Below, one piece after another: positions 21,701-38,071 of a DNA stretch of 60,000 bases. The stretch lies in contig NC_058383.1 of assembly GCF_018350175.1 (NCBI RefSeq), positions 7,566,001 through 7,626,000 of the forward strand, read 5' to 3'. Below the pieces are notes generated by a model. That model ran no database searches. It was not told the DNA's origin and saw nothing but the letters and a program-made list of their open reading frames with translations. Every line of letters starts with the position of its first letter. The first letter of the stretch is position 1. Both the position numbers and the translations under genes were made by a program. The DNA is from Felis catus (taxonomy: Eukaryota).

Positions 21701-22827
21701 AGGGAGTAGTGAGGATTGGCGGGGCGAGAGACGGAGAAACCCAGGGTAGCAGGACAAGGGGAAGGGGAGGGGTGCCCGGGAACCTGGGGCCCTTGGATGG
21801 AGAGGGGAATGAAGCCGCCAGGTTTGGAACAAACGGGGAAGGGAGAGGACGGCAGTGAGGAGGGGCGCCTAGGAGGAGAGGTGAGGCCGACGGTGAAAAG
21901 GAGAGTGTGTTTGGGGGGAGGGAAACCAAAGCAGGTATGGAGGCCGCAGCTCAGAAGGTAGCTGTGGGGCCAGACTAGAGACCCCGCGGGTGGGATTGAG
22001 GGCAGGGACTGGAAGAGGGAAGCCGGGAGCCTCCCAGATCCTGGAGGAGGAAGAAGGTGATTTGGGCCATCATGGAGAGAGGTGGAGACGGTCACCGAGG
22101 GGCCAGGGTTGCAGGAATAGGGGTGGACCGAGGCCCGGGCCCAGGAGGAGGACCGGAAGGGGGACCTGCCCGCAGGGAATGGAAATAGATGTTTGGGTAG
22201 TATTGTAGATACCCAACTTGGAGTGCCCCCACCCCTTCCCCAGCATCCCCACCCTGCCCTCATGACACCCCCTGCCTCGGGGCCCAAGACGGGGTGGGGA
22301 TTCAGACTGTCCCCCCTTCCCCTGTGGGGTGCGATGTACGCAAATAGGCCCCAGTATAACTCCTTGTCTGTAGGTATGTCCAGTTCTGTGTAGCCAATCT
22401 GTGTGTGTCTGGAGGTCTCTGTGTGCTGTGGGTGTGTCGGGGGTGTTTATGTCTGTATGTGTCTGCCTGATGCTAGGTTGTGTTTACCCATGCCGATCTA
22501 TGTGTCTGGTCCTCTGTTTGTAGATATGGGTTCTGTGGCCTGGTGGTTTGTGTGTCTGAATGTGTGTTTGTGTGGCTGTGGGGTTGCTGTGCATTTGTGG
22601 GGCCTGTCTGTGTGGTAGATCAGGATGTATTTACAGGATGGGAATCTGTGTCGAGCTGATCTCTCCAGAATGTGTGTTTGTGGCTCTGGACATCTTTGTC
22701 AGGGTATGTGACTCTGTGTACACATGTCCTCCTATGTCTGTCTGTCTACGGGTCCTAGAGGCAGTTGTTGGGTTTTCTGTGCTTCCATCTGTTTTCCACT
22801 CTCTGAGGACCCAAGTCACATCTCCGC

Positions 22828-22866
<39 letters not shown>

Positions 22867-22975
22867 ATTCATTCCTGGCCCCCACCCACCCCACATCTTC
22901 CTTTTTTTCCTTCTCATCTCCACCAAGTGGATCCGGGACCCAGGGAGGGCCGCCCCCCGGGCCTGGTGGCGCTGA

Positions 22976-23080
<105 letters not shown>

Positions 23081-23559
23081 TAAGGCTGCGGTCCCAGATT
23101 GCCCTCTGGGCTGTCCCACACCTCTGCTTCCCCGGTGGCTGGACCACATCCCTCTGCCCTTCCTGGCTCCAACAGCCTCGTCATGAGTCTGATCTTAGAG
23201 TCTATGCTCAGTACAGAATTGCTGGCATTGCATACACCCTGTCCCCACCCTGCTCCTGGCTCCTGGCTCCAGCCCTCGTCCTGGCCTCATGGGGGGCTTC
23301 TGGCTCAGGAGCACCCTGTTGGCTCTTCCCCACCCCTGGAGGCCCGAGTCACCCCTTTCTGACTCACCTCTGGCCTGTAGTCTCCTTTCTGTCAATGTGG
23401 GGCTGGCTCCAGGCGCCCCTGTCACCTGACCTTGGTAGGGGCAGACCCTGCTACCCTCATGGTCCAGGGACTGAGTCATTTGAGGGGCACCAGAGAAGAT
23501 CCATTTGCCCCCCTCCCAGCCTCCTCTGCTGGGGGAGATGAGGGGGCCAAGCGACAGGG

Positions 23560-23562
<3 letters not shown>

Positions 23563-23606
<44 letters not shown>
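23563..23606. repeat. (TG)n microsatellite in NYAP1 intron
   Basis: Direct reading. Confidence 0.95.
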
Positions 23607-23607
<1 letters not shown>

Positions 23608-24522
23608 TAGGAGACGTGAAGGCTGGGTCCTGCAGAAGAGCCAGGGCTGGGGACCTCTCCCTGCTTGCCCTCTCTCCTTGCCCTCCCAGGGACCTGGATC
23701 CTGGCCTCTCCGCTCTCGCTCCCCTCTCTCTTCATTCCCATTGACTGCACAGCCTCTTGGAGCCTGAGTCAGAGCCACCTCCCTGCTCCCTTCTCCCTCC
23801 TTGAAACTGTGGAGTTTAATTCTTTTTGTTAATTAGATTAATCAGAGCTATGACTACAGTGATCTCTCCCTAATGAAGGGTTAGTAGACAGGGCCTTAAT
23901 GAGAGCCCACCCCACAGTGGCTCTCCCCTTTTCCCTGCCAGCCGCCCCTCCCTTCACTCACACAGAAGCTCAGGGACAGTGAAAGGGAATGGGGGTGAGC
24001 CTGGGAGGTTGACAGAAAGGACAGCACCGAGGGAGAGGAAGAGAGAGGGGAAGGGAGGAAAAGGATCAGCAGGAGGAGGCCGATGCGGCTGTACGGCCCT
24101 CATCTGGGAATGGAGGCGCGGTGTGGTGTGGGAGCACAGGCCGTGGTAGCCGGACGTGACGGGAGGCCAGAGACCAGGTGTGGGCCAGCGTGAGCCTGGG
24201 AGGAGCAGGGCCGTGATGGCAGGTGTATGTGCCAGACAGGGCTGTGCTGCCTGCGTGTGCATCTCTCTACCTGTGCATGAAGCCGTCCATACGAGTGCCG
24301 TGTGCCAGATATGCCCAGGCTGGGATCACACAGCTCCAGCGATACTCCTCTGCACACATACTCATCCCTTCTCTCATCCCTGCTCGCCTCTCCTCCCCAA
24401 TCTCCTTGTCTTTTTTAAAGCCTAGGGATTCTGCCTGACGTTTCTAGTTTAGTGCCCTGGACCTTCGGGCAGCCTCCCATCCCCACCCCAGGCCCCTTCC
24501 TCCTCTTCCTTCTCCTCGAGGC

Positions 24523-24576
24523 TCCTCCTCCTCCTCCTCCTCCTCCTCCTCCTCCTCCTCCTCTTCCTCCTCCTCC
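24523..24576. repeat. (CCT)n microsatellite
   Basis: Direct reading. Confidence 0.9.
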
Positions 24577-24613
24577 TTGGAGGCCACAGGGTTGCACACC
24601 CCTCTTAGGGTAG

Positions 24614-25201
<588 letters not shown>

Positions 25202-25463
25202 TAAAGGGTAGGGGAAGCTCCCTGAAAAGCCCATTCCTGGGGAGGGGGTGGCCTGGAAGGGACACGTGAATTTAGGTGGAACAGAATTTAGGGTGGGAGC
25301 TGCAGATTCCAGGGAGTTCATTGGAAGGATGATAGAGCTGGCTGGTAGCAAAGGAACCTATGTGCTTTAAGTTGAGGAACGTGGGGGAAATAAAGAGGCA
25401 GATATGTCCTTGCAGATGGGGTAAGAGATGAGAGGGGGTCTGCCCATCTCCTTCCCCCACTAA

Positions 25464-27023
<1,560 letters not shown>

Positions 27024-27892
27024 TGAGGGGTAGGAATTTGGGGGTGGGGGACTGGGGATGCCCGTGATGATTTCAGGGAAGTGTTGGAAGGGTTATTTGG
27101 AAGCCACAACCCATTGTCCTGAAGTGGGAAGTTTTCAAGGAGACCAGAGAATAAGGGCATGCAAGAGACTGAGGGGAGGGGGTCCCCACATGTTCACTGG
27201 AGGGGCAAGGAAGATCTGCAATGGGAAGGGGCTGGAATCTGGCCCCAAGAGTAGCCTCCTGCCCGGTCCTGCTCTGCTCCCTGCCCTTCCCTTTGCTAGG
27301 TTGCAGGGGTGTGTGTTTGTGAGTGTGCGCACACGAAGGGCTAAACACAGCTGCCTCCCAGCTGTTGCCATGGCAACCCATCCAGACAGGAGGGAGAGGA
27401 GAGGGAGGCCCCTACCGTTGCCTGGCAACGCAATGCTCTGCCAGGCCTCCTCTTGGAGCTGAGCTTAGTTCACTTGCAGCCCTTCCCCCAACAACCTCCC
27501 CCTTCCCACTTCCTGGCTCAGGATTTGGGATCTCCCCCTCCTGGGGAAGACCAGGGCTCCTGTCTCTGTTTCAGATGGTGGTCATTCTGGCCCTATCAGG
27601 CCAGGAGGGGCTCTGGGGCTAAAGCTGGGGCAGGGGAGTCCCCTTTGACCACAGAAAAGGGTTTGACAAGAGCAAATATCTGATTCTCAGCCCAGGGATG
27701 GTACCAGTGGGTGGAAAGGAAAGTGGTAGTAATGGGGTCCTGTGTGTGTGTGTGTGTGTGTGTTTGGGCAGTGTGAGGTAGGGTCCCTGCCTTCCCAGCT
27801 GTGACTTCTAAAGGGGCAGTTACTTCTGGTCCCTGCATGCCATGGTGTGTGTTGCTGGGGGGACAGCAAGACCCTTCTCATGTAGGCACTGA

Positions 27893-28517
<625 letters not shown>

Positions 28518-28842
28518 TAGGAGGTCAGCCTGGGGCTGGCACAGTCTAATAGGGGTTCAGAGGAGAGTTGGGGCGGGGGGAGGCAGTGATCCTGGGAAGA
28601 GCCTGTATTAATCAGATGGACAGCCAGGCAGGGCCACCACTGGCCTGCTGTGTGCCTCTGTGCATTTAGGAAAAGGTGTCTCCTTGGGGTGGGATGGGGC
28701 GGGACCAACTCAAAAAATGCATTCTGCAGTTTGTTAAAGCTGCCCATTCCTCAGGGTGAGGCAGGCCCAGCCTGGCCGGTACCCTGTGAGGCCAAGGGTG
28801 CAAGGGCTGGGTTCCTGTCACCCACTCCCCACCCCCAGCTAG

Positions 28843-29268
<426 letters not shown>

Positions 29269-30139
29269 GGAGGCCGGGAGGCCGGGGCACCGGACTGGGG
29301 AGCGGGGCGGGGGTGCCAGAGACTTGCCTTGAAAGAGGGACACTTGAAGGACCAGGTGAGAGAAAGCCAGGGAGAACCCCTGCCTTCCACCCTAACCCCC
29401 GTAGACGGGGAGTGCGCCAGGCCCACCGGGCTTGGGGCGCCAGCCGCGCCCCCTGAGATTTGGGGGAGGAGGGTTTGTTTGAGGTTGGAAGTGAGGGCCT
29501 CCGCTGCTCTCCCAGCTGGGCGAGGTAGACTCCTCCTCCTGAGAGGGCAAAGGCCAAGCCAGAAGTCAGCGTGGGGGAGGAGGGAAGGGAAGGGAGGAAG
29601 GAGGGCGGGTCAAGTGAAGGACGGGGCTAGAGTGTGAGGTAGAGGGGCTCTTTTATAAGAGCCGGGAGTGGGGAGGGGGTATTTATTTCATTATTTATTT
29701 TAGTTGGGAGGGCAATTCTGGGCCCTTCTGACCTACTCCTGGGCAGGGAGCAGACAATGGTGGGCAATTAAAGGGAACCAAGTTGGCGCTCTCCCCAATG
29801 CCTGAAGGCCCCACCATCCGCGCCCACCCCCAAGCTGGGGATCAGTCTGGAGTGGGGAGCCCAGTGAGAGAAGGGAGGGAGGGGCTCCGGTGAGCTGAGG
29901 GCCGCAGACTCATTACAGTACTTACCAATGGCCAGAATTTGGTAGTGAGTGTGGCCTGCTGTGAAACAGGCATCTTATTTAGCTCTGGGGTGAGGGTCTA
30001 GCACCAGGGATGGGCGGGATGATGGGGAAGGAGGGACATTTTAGCGGGTGGGGGGTGGGTAGGGTATTTATTTAAATTTTAAAAAATCAGAAGAGATGTC
30101 AGGAACTTTTTTTTAATTCCTTTCTTTTCAGAATAATAT

Positions 30140-30145
30140 ATTAAA
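30140..30145 (+). terminator. Probable NYAP1 polyadenylation signal ATTAAA
   Basis: End of 3' UTR with AU-rich ATTTA patches (29680-29703, 30065-30080), followed by U/GU-rich sequence. Confidence 0.6.
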
Positions 30146-31579
30146 AGACTAACGATCCTAGAACTGGCTTCTTCTATTTCAGTGTGCTCCGCTTTTCTTA
30201 CACCTGTTTCTTTTCCCTCTTGCCCCATGGTTGGTGGGAGTTGGAGGTGGTGCAGGGAGGGGTGAGTGGCTGTGGCAAGTAACAGGGAGAGGTGGAGTTT
30301 GAGGTAAGTCTTTGGGAATGCCACCGTGCTGTGATTCAGCAAGCATTTACTGAGCCAGCATCTGATATGTGTTTGGCAATACACTCATACAGAAGGAATA
30401 TTCAGACTGAAGCCTGCCCTCAAGCAGCTTATAGTCTACTCAGGGGGAGGAGACACCTGGGACAACACCGGACAGTGCTACAGCAGTAAGGGGGCTGGGA
30501 GTGGCTGGAGTAATCTAAGGCTTCCTGGAAAGTGAGCCTAAAAGGACAGGTAAGGTTTGGATGAGCGAGGGGGAGGAGGGACCATCCCAAGGTCACAGTA
30601 TGATTATCTGCAGAAGAGTAGGAGATGGAGGTGGGGCAGGCAATGTGTGTAAATAATGCAACGGGCAATGAGTCAACCATGATGAAGATGGTTCGGAGAG
30701 ATGGGCATCAAAGCAAGATGCTCAGCCTCAAGAAGCAATCACGGGAGAGGATAAAAAGTGTCTGGGAGAATGGAGGGCAAGGGACAGTTTGTAAGATGCA
30801 GCTGAAAGAACAGCCCCTGGTGGGGAATGAAGGAGCCAAAGGGGGGATCCTTGAAGCCCAAGTTTGGAGCTCCTATGATTGGGTAATGAGCACCTTGACA
30901 GACCAAAGAAAGATTCTTTTGAGGGAAGAATTTTGGATTGGAAGCAATGGTTAATATCCAGGCTGAAAGGTTTGTTACCAGCTAGAACAGTATGGTGGAC
31001 GGCACAAGAGATGTTTTTAAGCAATCTGAAGATGAACATTTTTTTTTCTTTAAAAAAAAACAAAGATTTTATTTTTAAGTAATCTCTACACCCAACGTGG
31101 GGCTTGAACTCACAACCCCAAGATCAAGAGTCACATGCTCTACCGACTGAGTCAGCCAGACACCCCAAGAAGAACATTTTTTTTAAAAAGCTTTAACAGT
31201 TTTCTATTTATTTTCATTCCTATTAGAGAAATTATAACCAGGCACATGAAAGTATTTGTTATTTCATGGATATTGTTGCACAAGATGAGGCTAAATTTAT
31301 TTCTAATGAGTTCGTTTATAAGAAGAATGTTAAATAATGGTACAGGTATGATACACAGAATATGGAAAATTATGACAGGGTATGAGAAATTTTGGAATTT
31401 GGGAAACACCAACTTAGAGAAGAAATGACAATAGTTTGGGAGAGATGAGAAAACTGTAGATAGTAGGAGTCATCAATATAGAAATAATACTCAGGGCTGA
31501 GACTGAGTTTTATACAGGAGAGTGTGGATGAAGATAAGCGTTAAGAAGAAAATATGAACAGGCAATACCTTTTTACATT

Positions 31580-32090
31580 TTTATTTATTTTCTAAATTGA
31601 CATATATCAATGTATAACATTGTATTAGTTTCAGGCGTCCAACATAATGATTTGATATAGATATATATTGTGAATATTGTGAATATATATTGTGAAATGA
31701 TCATCACAGTAAGTGTAGTTAACCTCCATCACTACACGGTTACAATTTTTTTTTTTGTGATGAGAACTTTTAAGACGGACCCTCTTAGCAACTTTGAAAG
31801 ATACAATGCAGTCTTGTTAACTATAGTCACTATGCTGTACATTACAACTCCAGGACTTACTTACCTTATAACTGGAAGTTTGTACTCTTTACCATCTTCA
31901 TTCATTTTGCCCACCTGGCCAACCACCACCTCTGGCAACCACCAATCTGTTCTCTATGTTTGTGAGTTTTGTTGTTTTTTTTGTTGCTGTTTTAGATTCA
32001 ACATGTAAGTGAGATCATAGAGTATTTGCCTTTCTGTCTGACTAATGCCCTCAAGGCCCATCCATGTTGACAGAAATGTCACGATTTCCA
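31580..32090 (-). mobile_element. L1 3'-end fragment
   Basis: tgtattagtttcagg...cataatgatttgata ... gtaagtgagatcatagagtatttg L1 3' UTR motifs. Confidence 0.8.
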
Positions 32091-32099
32091 ATACCTTAA

Positions 32100-32189
32100 A
32101 AAAAATTTTTTTTTTAATCTCAGAGAGAGAGAGAGAGAGGGCAAGCCAGGGAGAGGGGCAGAGGGAGAGAGAGATTGAGAGACAGAGAC

Positions 32190-32224
<35 letters not shown>

Positions 32225-34813
32225 ATCCCAAGCAGTCTCTACACTCATCATGGAGCCTGATGCAGGGCTCAATCCCATGACCTTGGGACCACAACCTGAG
32301 CTGAAATCAAGAGTTGGACACTCAACTGACTGAGACACCCAGGAACCCCTCAATACCTTTTTAATAATTAGTCAGAAAATTAATGTAAGTAAACAGCCTG
32401 CTTATAAGAGCAACCAAAATCATAAAATATCTTGGAGTAGCTTTAATAAGAAATGTGCAGAACTTATATTTGATCAATCAATCAAACTAAAGTCCTGGGA
32501 TGCTTGGGTGTCTCAGTCAGTTGAGCGTCTGACTTCGGCTCAGGTCATGATCTCACAGTTTGTGAGTTTGAGCCCCGTGTCAGGCTTTGTGCTGACAGCA
32601 GAGCCTGGAGCCTGCTTCAGATTCTGTGTCTCCCTCTCTCTCTGCCCCTCCCCCATTTGCACTCTCTCTTTCTCAAAAATAAAGAAACATTAAAAAAATT
32701 TTTTTAAATAAATAAAACTAAAGTCCTTTGAGTTACTTAAACCAGGAATATTTGCATAAGCAGAGCAATAACTTGTTGTCAGTGAAAAGACCGCAATATA
32801 AAAGATGTCAGTTTTCCCTGAACCCATGAATTCAATGCAGTGTCTAAATTCCAAAAGGATAAGTTGAGAAACTTGACAAAACAATGCAAAAGTTCATCCA
32901 GAATGATAATGAGAAAAAACTGGAACATTCTGAAACAGATAACTAACAGGGGAACCTGGCCTACCAAATATTAAAAGTTGAAATAAAAGCACAGTGTACT
33001 GAGATTGGTACAGGACTGGCACACCCATCAGAATAGAATCCAGAAATAGCTCCAAATGCACATGAGAATTTAGCATATATATGATAAAGGTGGTATTTTA
33101 AGGATGGGGGAAAAGATTATTCAGGGGTGTTTTTTTAAACTTTCTTAAATGTTTATTTATTTTTGAGAGACAGAGGCAGAGAATGAGTAGGGGAGGCACA
33201 GAGAGAGAGGGAGACACGGAATCTGAAACAGGCTCCAGGCTCTGAGCTGTCAGCACAGAGCCCGACACGGGGCTAGAACCCAAGAACTGTGAGATCATGA
33301 CCCAAGTCGAAGTCGGATGCTTAACCCACTGAGCCACCCAGGTGCCCCTAGTGGTTGTTTCTTGAGCAATTAGCTACTCAACGGAGAATGGGAGAAGCTG
33401 GATTTCTATTTCATTCATTATGCCAAAAGATTTAAATGTAAAAACAAAACATTAAAAGCAATAAGTGGGTGAACATTCTTATAACCTTGGGATGAGGAGG
33501 TCTTTCTAAAATGGCATGAAAACCAGAAACAGACTGAAAGACTTTTAAGTTCAAACACGTTCTCAACTAAAACTTCTATCTGGCAAAACTAAACTACAAA
33601 TATTCAACTGGGAAAAGATTTCTTTTTCTTTTCTTTTTTTTTTTTAAGATTTTATTTATAGGGCGCCTGGGTGGCTCAGTCAGTTGAGAGATGGACTATT
33701 GATTTTGGCTCAGGTCATGATCTCATGGTTCGGGGGATCGAGCCCCACATAGGTCTCTGTGCTGACAGCACGGACCCTGTTTGGGATTTTCTCTCTCCCT
33801 CTCTCTCTGTCCCTCCCCTGCTGTGCTCTCTCTCTCTCAAAAATAAATAAACATTTAAAAAATGAAATGAAATAAAACTTAAAATTTTAAATTTTGTAAA
33901 CAATTTTTAAAAGATTTTATTAGTAAGTAATCTCTACACCCAATGTGGAGCTCAAATTCCCAACACCAAAATGAAGAGCCATGAGTTATACCGACTGAGC
34001 CAGCCAGGCACCCCATGGGAAAAGATTTCTAACACATGAAACAGATTGATTCAGTATGTGAGAAAGATGTGTGAGTTGATAAGAAAAGGAAAAAACAACC
34101 CAAACAGAGGACACGAGCAGATAATTCACCAAAGGCACAAAAATTACCAACACACATGTGCAACTATAACAGTATATGATGCAAAATAGAGCAATAATCA
34201 AATATTTTTTGCCTGTCAGACAAAACTGAAGAAAATTCATAGCATCACTCCGGTTATTATGCAGAAAACAAGCACTCGTTGTGTAAACATAAACACAGCT
34301 TTTCTGGTGGTCAGTTTGATACTATTTATTGAAATCTAAATGAAAAAAAAATTTTTTTTGTAATGTTTATTTTTGAGAGAGAGAGAGAGTCAGAGTGTGA
34401 GCCAGGGGAGGGGCAGAGAGAGAGGGAGACACAGAATCAGAAGCAGGCCTCCAGGCTCCGAGCTGTCAGCACAGAGCCAGACCTGGGGCTCATTTCTGGA
34501 GGGCATCTCAGTGGTAATTGTTATTTTTAATTTTTAAAAAATGTTTATGTTTGAGAGAGGAGGAGCAGAAAGAGAGGGAGACACAGAATCTGAAGCAGGC
34601 TCCAGGCTCTGAGCTGTCAGCACAGAGCCCAATGCGGGGCTCGAACCCACGAACCGTGAGATCATGACCTGAACTGAAATTGGATGTTTAACTGACTGAG
34701 CCACACAGGCGCCCCAAAATTTTAAATGTACATAGTTGGGGTGTTTTTTTTGTTTGTTTTTGTTTTTTGTTTTTGAGAGAGAGAGAAAGAGAGAGCACCA
34801 GCAGGAAAGAGGT

Positions 34814-34844
<31 letters not shown>

Positions 34845-35600
34845 GAATCCCAAGCAGGCTCCATGCTCAGTGCGGAGCTCAACTCAGGGCTTGATCTCAC
34901 CCCGGTGAGATCATGACCTGAGCTGAAATCGTCAGACGCGTTACCAACTGAGCCACGCAGATGCCTCTAAGTATCCATAGTTTTGACTCAGATTCCATTT
35001 CTAGGAATTTATCCTATGGAAATAGTTACACAAGCATTCAAAGCTAAATGCACAAGCGTGCTAACTGCAGCATTGTTTGAAATGATACAAAATTGGAAAC
35101 AACCCCAATTTCATCAGTATGACACTGACTGACTTATGGTAACAATGGAATATGAAGCTGTTAACTAGAATGCAGAAGATATTGATGTTCTAAACACAAG
35201 AAAGTTCACAATAAATTAGTAAGTGAATAAAGAAAAAATTATTCATAAGTTGCAAATTTTTAGAAAAATCATTTGTAAATTTTTGTGTAGATCTGGAAGA
35301 AGATACATTAAATAGTTGATGGTGATTATTTGAGGTCTGAGAAGATAGGGGGCTTAATTTACTTTTTAAAAATTTGTATTGCTTAGGGGTGCCTGGGTGG
35401 CTCAGCTGGTTAAACATCCAACTTTGGCTCAGGTCAGGATCTCACGGTTTGTGGGCTTGAGCCCCGCATCAGGCTCTGTGCTGACAGCTCAGAGCCTGAA
35501 GCCTGCTTCGGATTCTGTGTCTCCCTCTCTTCCTGCCCGTCTCCCACTCACCTCTGTCTCTCTCTCTCTCTGTCTCTCAAAAATAAACAAAAAAATAAAA
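32100..35600. mobile_element. Cluster of about 9 CanSINEs inserted into decayed + strand L1 sequence
   Basis: SINE bodies at ~32100-32350(-), 32497-32715(+), 33135-33348(-), 33660-33860(+) inside a short (-) SINE, three (-) at 34350-34965, 35386-35600(+); several TSDs visible. Confidence 0.85.
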
Positions 35601-36524
35601 ATGTGTATTGCTTGAAGTTTTATGTGTATATCTCCATTCTGAAATCAGAAAATATATTTATCATTAAAAAAATAAGTAGTTTTAGGTGTTCAAGAAAGAT
35701 GAAGGTGAGTGAGTTGTGCTCAGTGACAAGAGGCAGAGGCAGGCATGAAGCATCAGCCTCACGGAGCTGGCATGTGAGTCTTCAAATCCTAGATCAGCAC
35801 TCAAAGCCAAGTTTCTTGCTTTCAGATAGCATGCGCCTCCTTGAGGGGTAGGGACAGAGATCAGAACATCAGCAGAGCTGGAGGAAGGGGCAAGAACCAA
35901 CAGAGTTAGGGTAGGAAGGGCTCAAGCTACGGCAGGTGCTTGAGGCTGATGTGAGTCCTTACACTACCTAAGATTGGAGACCTGTGAAGAGTTAGCAGTT
36001 TCAAGAACTTATGCTGTGCTGGCACTATATAAATTTCACATGAAGGATGGAAGGATGAACACACCCTGGGTAGTCAGCCCAGACCCAGCCCTGCCTGCCT
36101 GATACCTGGTAAAACTCACGTGGACTCACCTGGGACTACATGTCCCCTCCAGGAGTCACAAAGGCATTTCCAACACTGACTTTCTACCCTTCGAGACCCA
36201 GCACAGCAGGGAACTCTAGGACAGTACAGCCAGAGGTGAGAGGGGCCGGGAGCATTCAAGTCAAGAGGGAGACAGGAGCTGCATGGAGAGACCCCCCCAC
36301 TGGAGAGGTAACACATTGAAACTCCAGGGGAGAGAAAAGAAGGACTTCAGAAATAATATTCTACCTTATTTCTCATGGCCCATATTGCCTACTGAGATCA
36401 TATTTCAGCTCGAAGAGAGATTTCTATCAAAGGTAGCTAGGGTCATGTCAAAAAAACCTGGGAGCAAATTTGAAAAGGCTCCCAATGGTCAAAGGATGGG
36501 ATAATTTGAGCATCAAGAAGGGTA

Positions 36525-36757
36525 GGGGCGCCTGGGTGGCGCAGTCAGTTAAGTGTCCGACTTCAGCCAGGTCACGATCTCGCGGTCCGTGAGTTCGAGC
36601 CCCGCGTCAGGCTCTGGGCTGATGGCTCAGAGCCTGGAGCCTGTTTCCGATTCTGTGTCTCCCTCTCTCTCTGCCCCTCCCCCGTTCATGCTCTGTCTCT
36701 CTCTGTCCCAAAAATAAATAAACGTTGAAAAAATAAATAAAAATAAATAAAAATAAA
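36525..36757 (+). mobile_element. Young SINEC_Fc
   Basis: Full body; TSD AAGAAGGGTA at 36515-36524 and 36758-36767. Confidence 0.95.
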
Positions 36758-36876
36758 AAGAAGGGTAAAAACTACAATGGAATGAAAGACAAATAGGGTT
36801 AAATTCATTAGCTCATATTGACACAAAAAAATTTCTCGCCTTTGGAGGGTGTTAGAGAATCAATTCATTATTATTA

Positions 36877-37100
36877 TTTTTTTTTAATTTTTTTTTTCAA
36901 CGTTTATTTATTTTTGGGACAGAGAGAGACAGAGCATGAACGGGGGAGGGGCAGAGAGAGAGGGAGACACAGAATCGGAAACAGGCCCCAGGCTCTGAGC
37001 CATCAGCCCAGAGCCGGATGTGGGGCTCGAACTCACGGACCGCGAGATCGTGACCTGGCTGAAGTCGGACGCTTAACCGACTGCGCCACCCAGGCGCCCC
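36877..37100 (-). mobile_element. Young SINEC_Fc
   Basis: Full body; TCATTATT on both flanks. Confidence 0.95.
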
Positions 37101-38009
37101 TCATTATTTTGAATTATAAAGCTTCTCTATACAGAAATATCCCAGCTAGTAAATGAAGACAGAATTTTAGATTTAGAATATCACCATGAAGTAATGGATC
37201 CCAAGTTTTAATGTTGAGTTTCAACAACAGACAACATCCCATATCACATGATAAGAGACAACCAGACTTTACATGCCTCCTGATGAAAGAATGTGCCATC
37301 ACCTATGAAGTGTCCTCACCCACACCCCCCAAAACTTAGCCTAGAGATATGATCAAAGCCTTTAGATGCCACCATCAATTATGGGAAAAACAGAGGAGAC
37401 AGGAACGTGTTGAACACCACCAAATGCAATCAACAAAATTGAGACTGTGGGAAACGCCCCAGGGCAAGCTACCTGGGTTCTTTAACAAATATATTACCAG
37501 GGGAATAAAGAGATGGAGAAGCAAGCTCTAGATTATAAGAAACTAAAAAAGACATGTCTCCCATTGCAATCTATGGACCCTATTTGGATCCTGGTTCAAT
37601 CAAACAAACTTAAAAAAACAAAACAAAACAACAACAACAAAAAACCCCAAGAAAAACAAAACAAAAAAAACCCTAAACAAATAAATAAACTAACACTTGC
37701 TCCTTGCATTTATGAGACAATTGGGAAAATGACCACTTGGGATTTTTGATGATATTAAGGAATTATTATTAACTTTTTAAGTGTGCTGGTGTATTGCAGT
37801 TATATATTTTTAGAGTCCTAAGAGAGATAATCCTGAAATATTAATGGGATAAATCTTTGGGGTCTGGAATTTGTTTCAAAATAAAACGGAAATGGAGAAA
37901 GTACATGCCAGAAAAGACAAAACAAGAATGGTCATGAGGTGATCATTGTTAGGCTGGATGAATGTTCTGTCTGCACTTGGGTCTATTTGAAAGTTTCCAC
38001 ATAAAAAGT

Positions 38010-38026
38010 CGTGTGTGTGTGTGCGT

Positions 38027-38066
<40 letters not shown>
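38010..38066. repeat. (TG)n/(CGTGTG)n microsatellite
   Basis: Direct reading. Confidence 0.95.

Positions 38067-38071
<5 letters not shown>

Noticed and set aside
20866..22287. Multiple 200-400 aa ORFs on both strands
   Set aside because: CpG-island artefact; low-complexity G/P/R/A translations in all frames
24021..24040. REST/RE1-like CAGCACC-GAG-GGAGAG in NYAP1 intron
   Set aside because: 3-nt spacer instead of the canonical 2 and weak flanks
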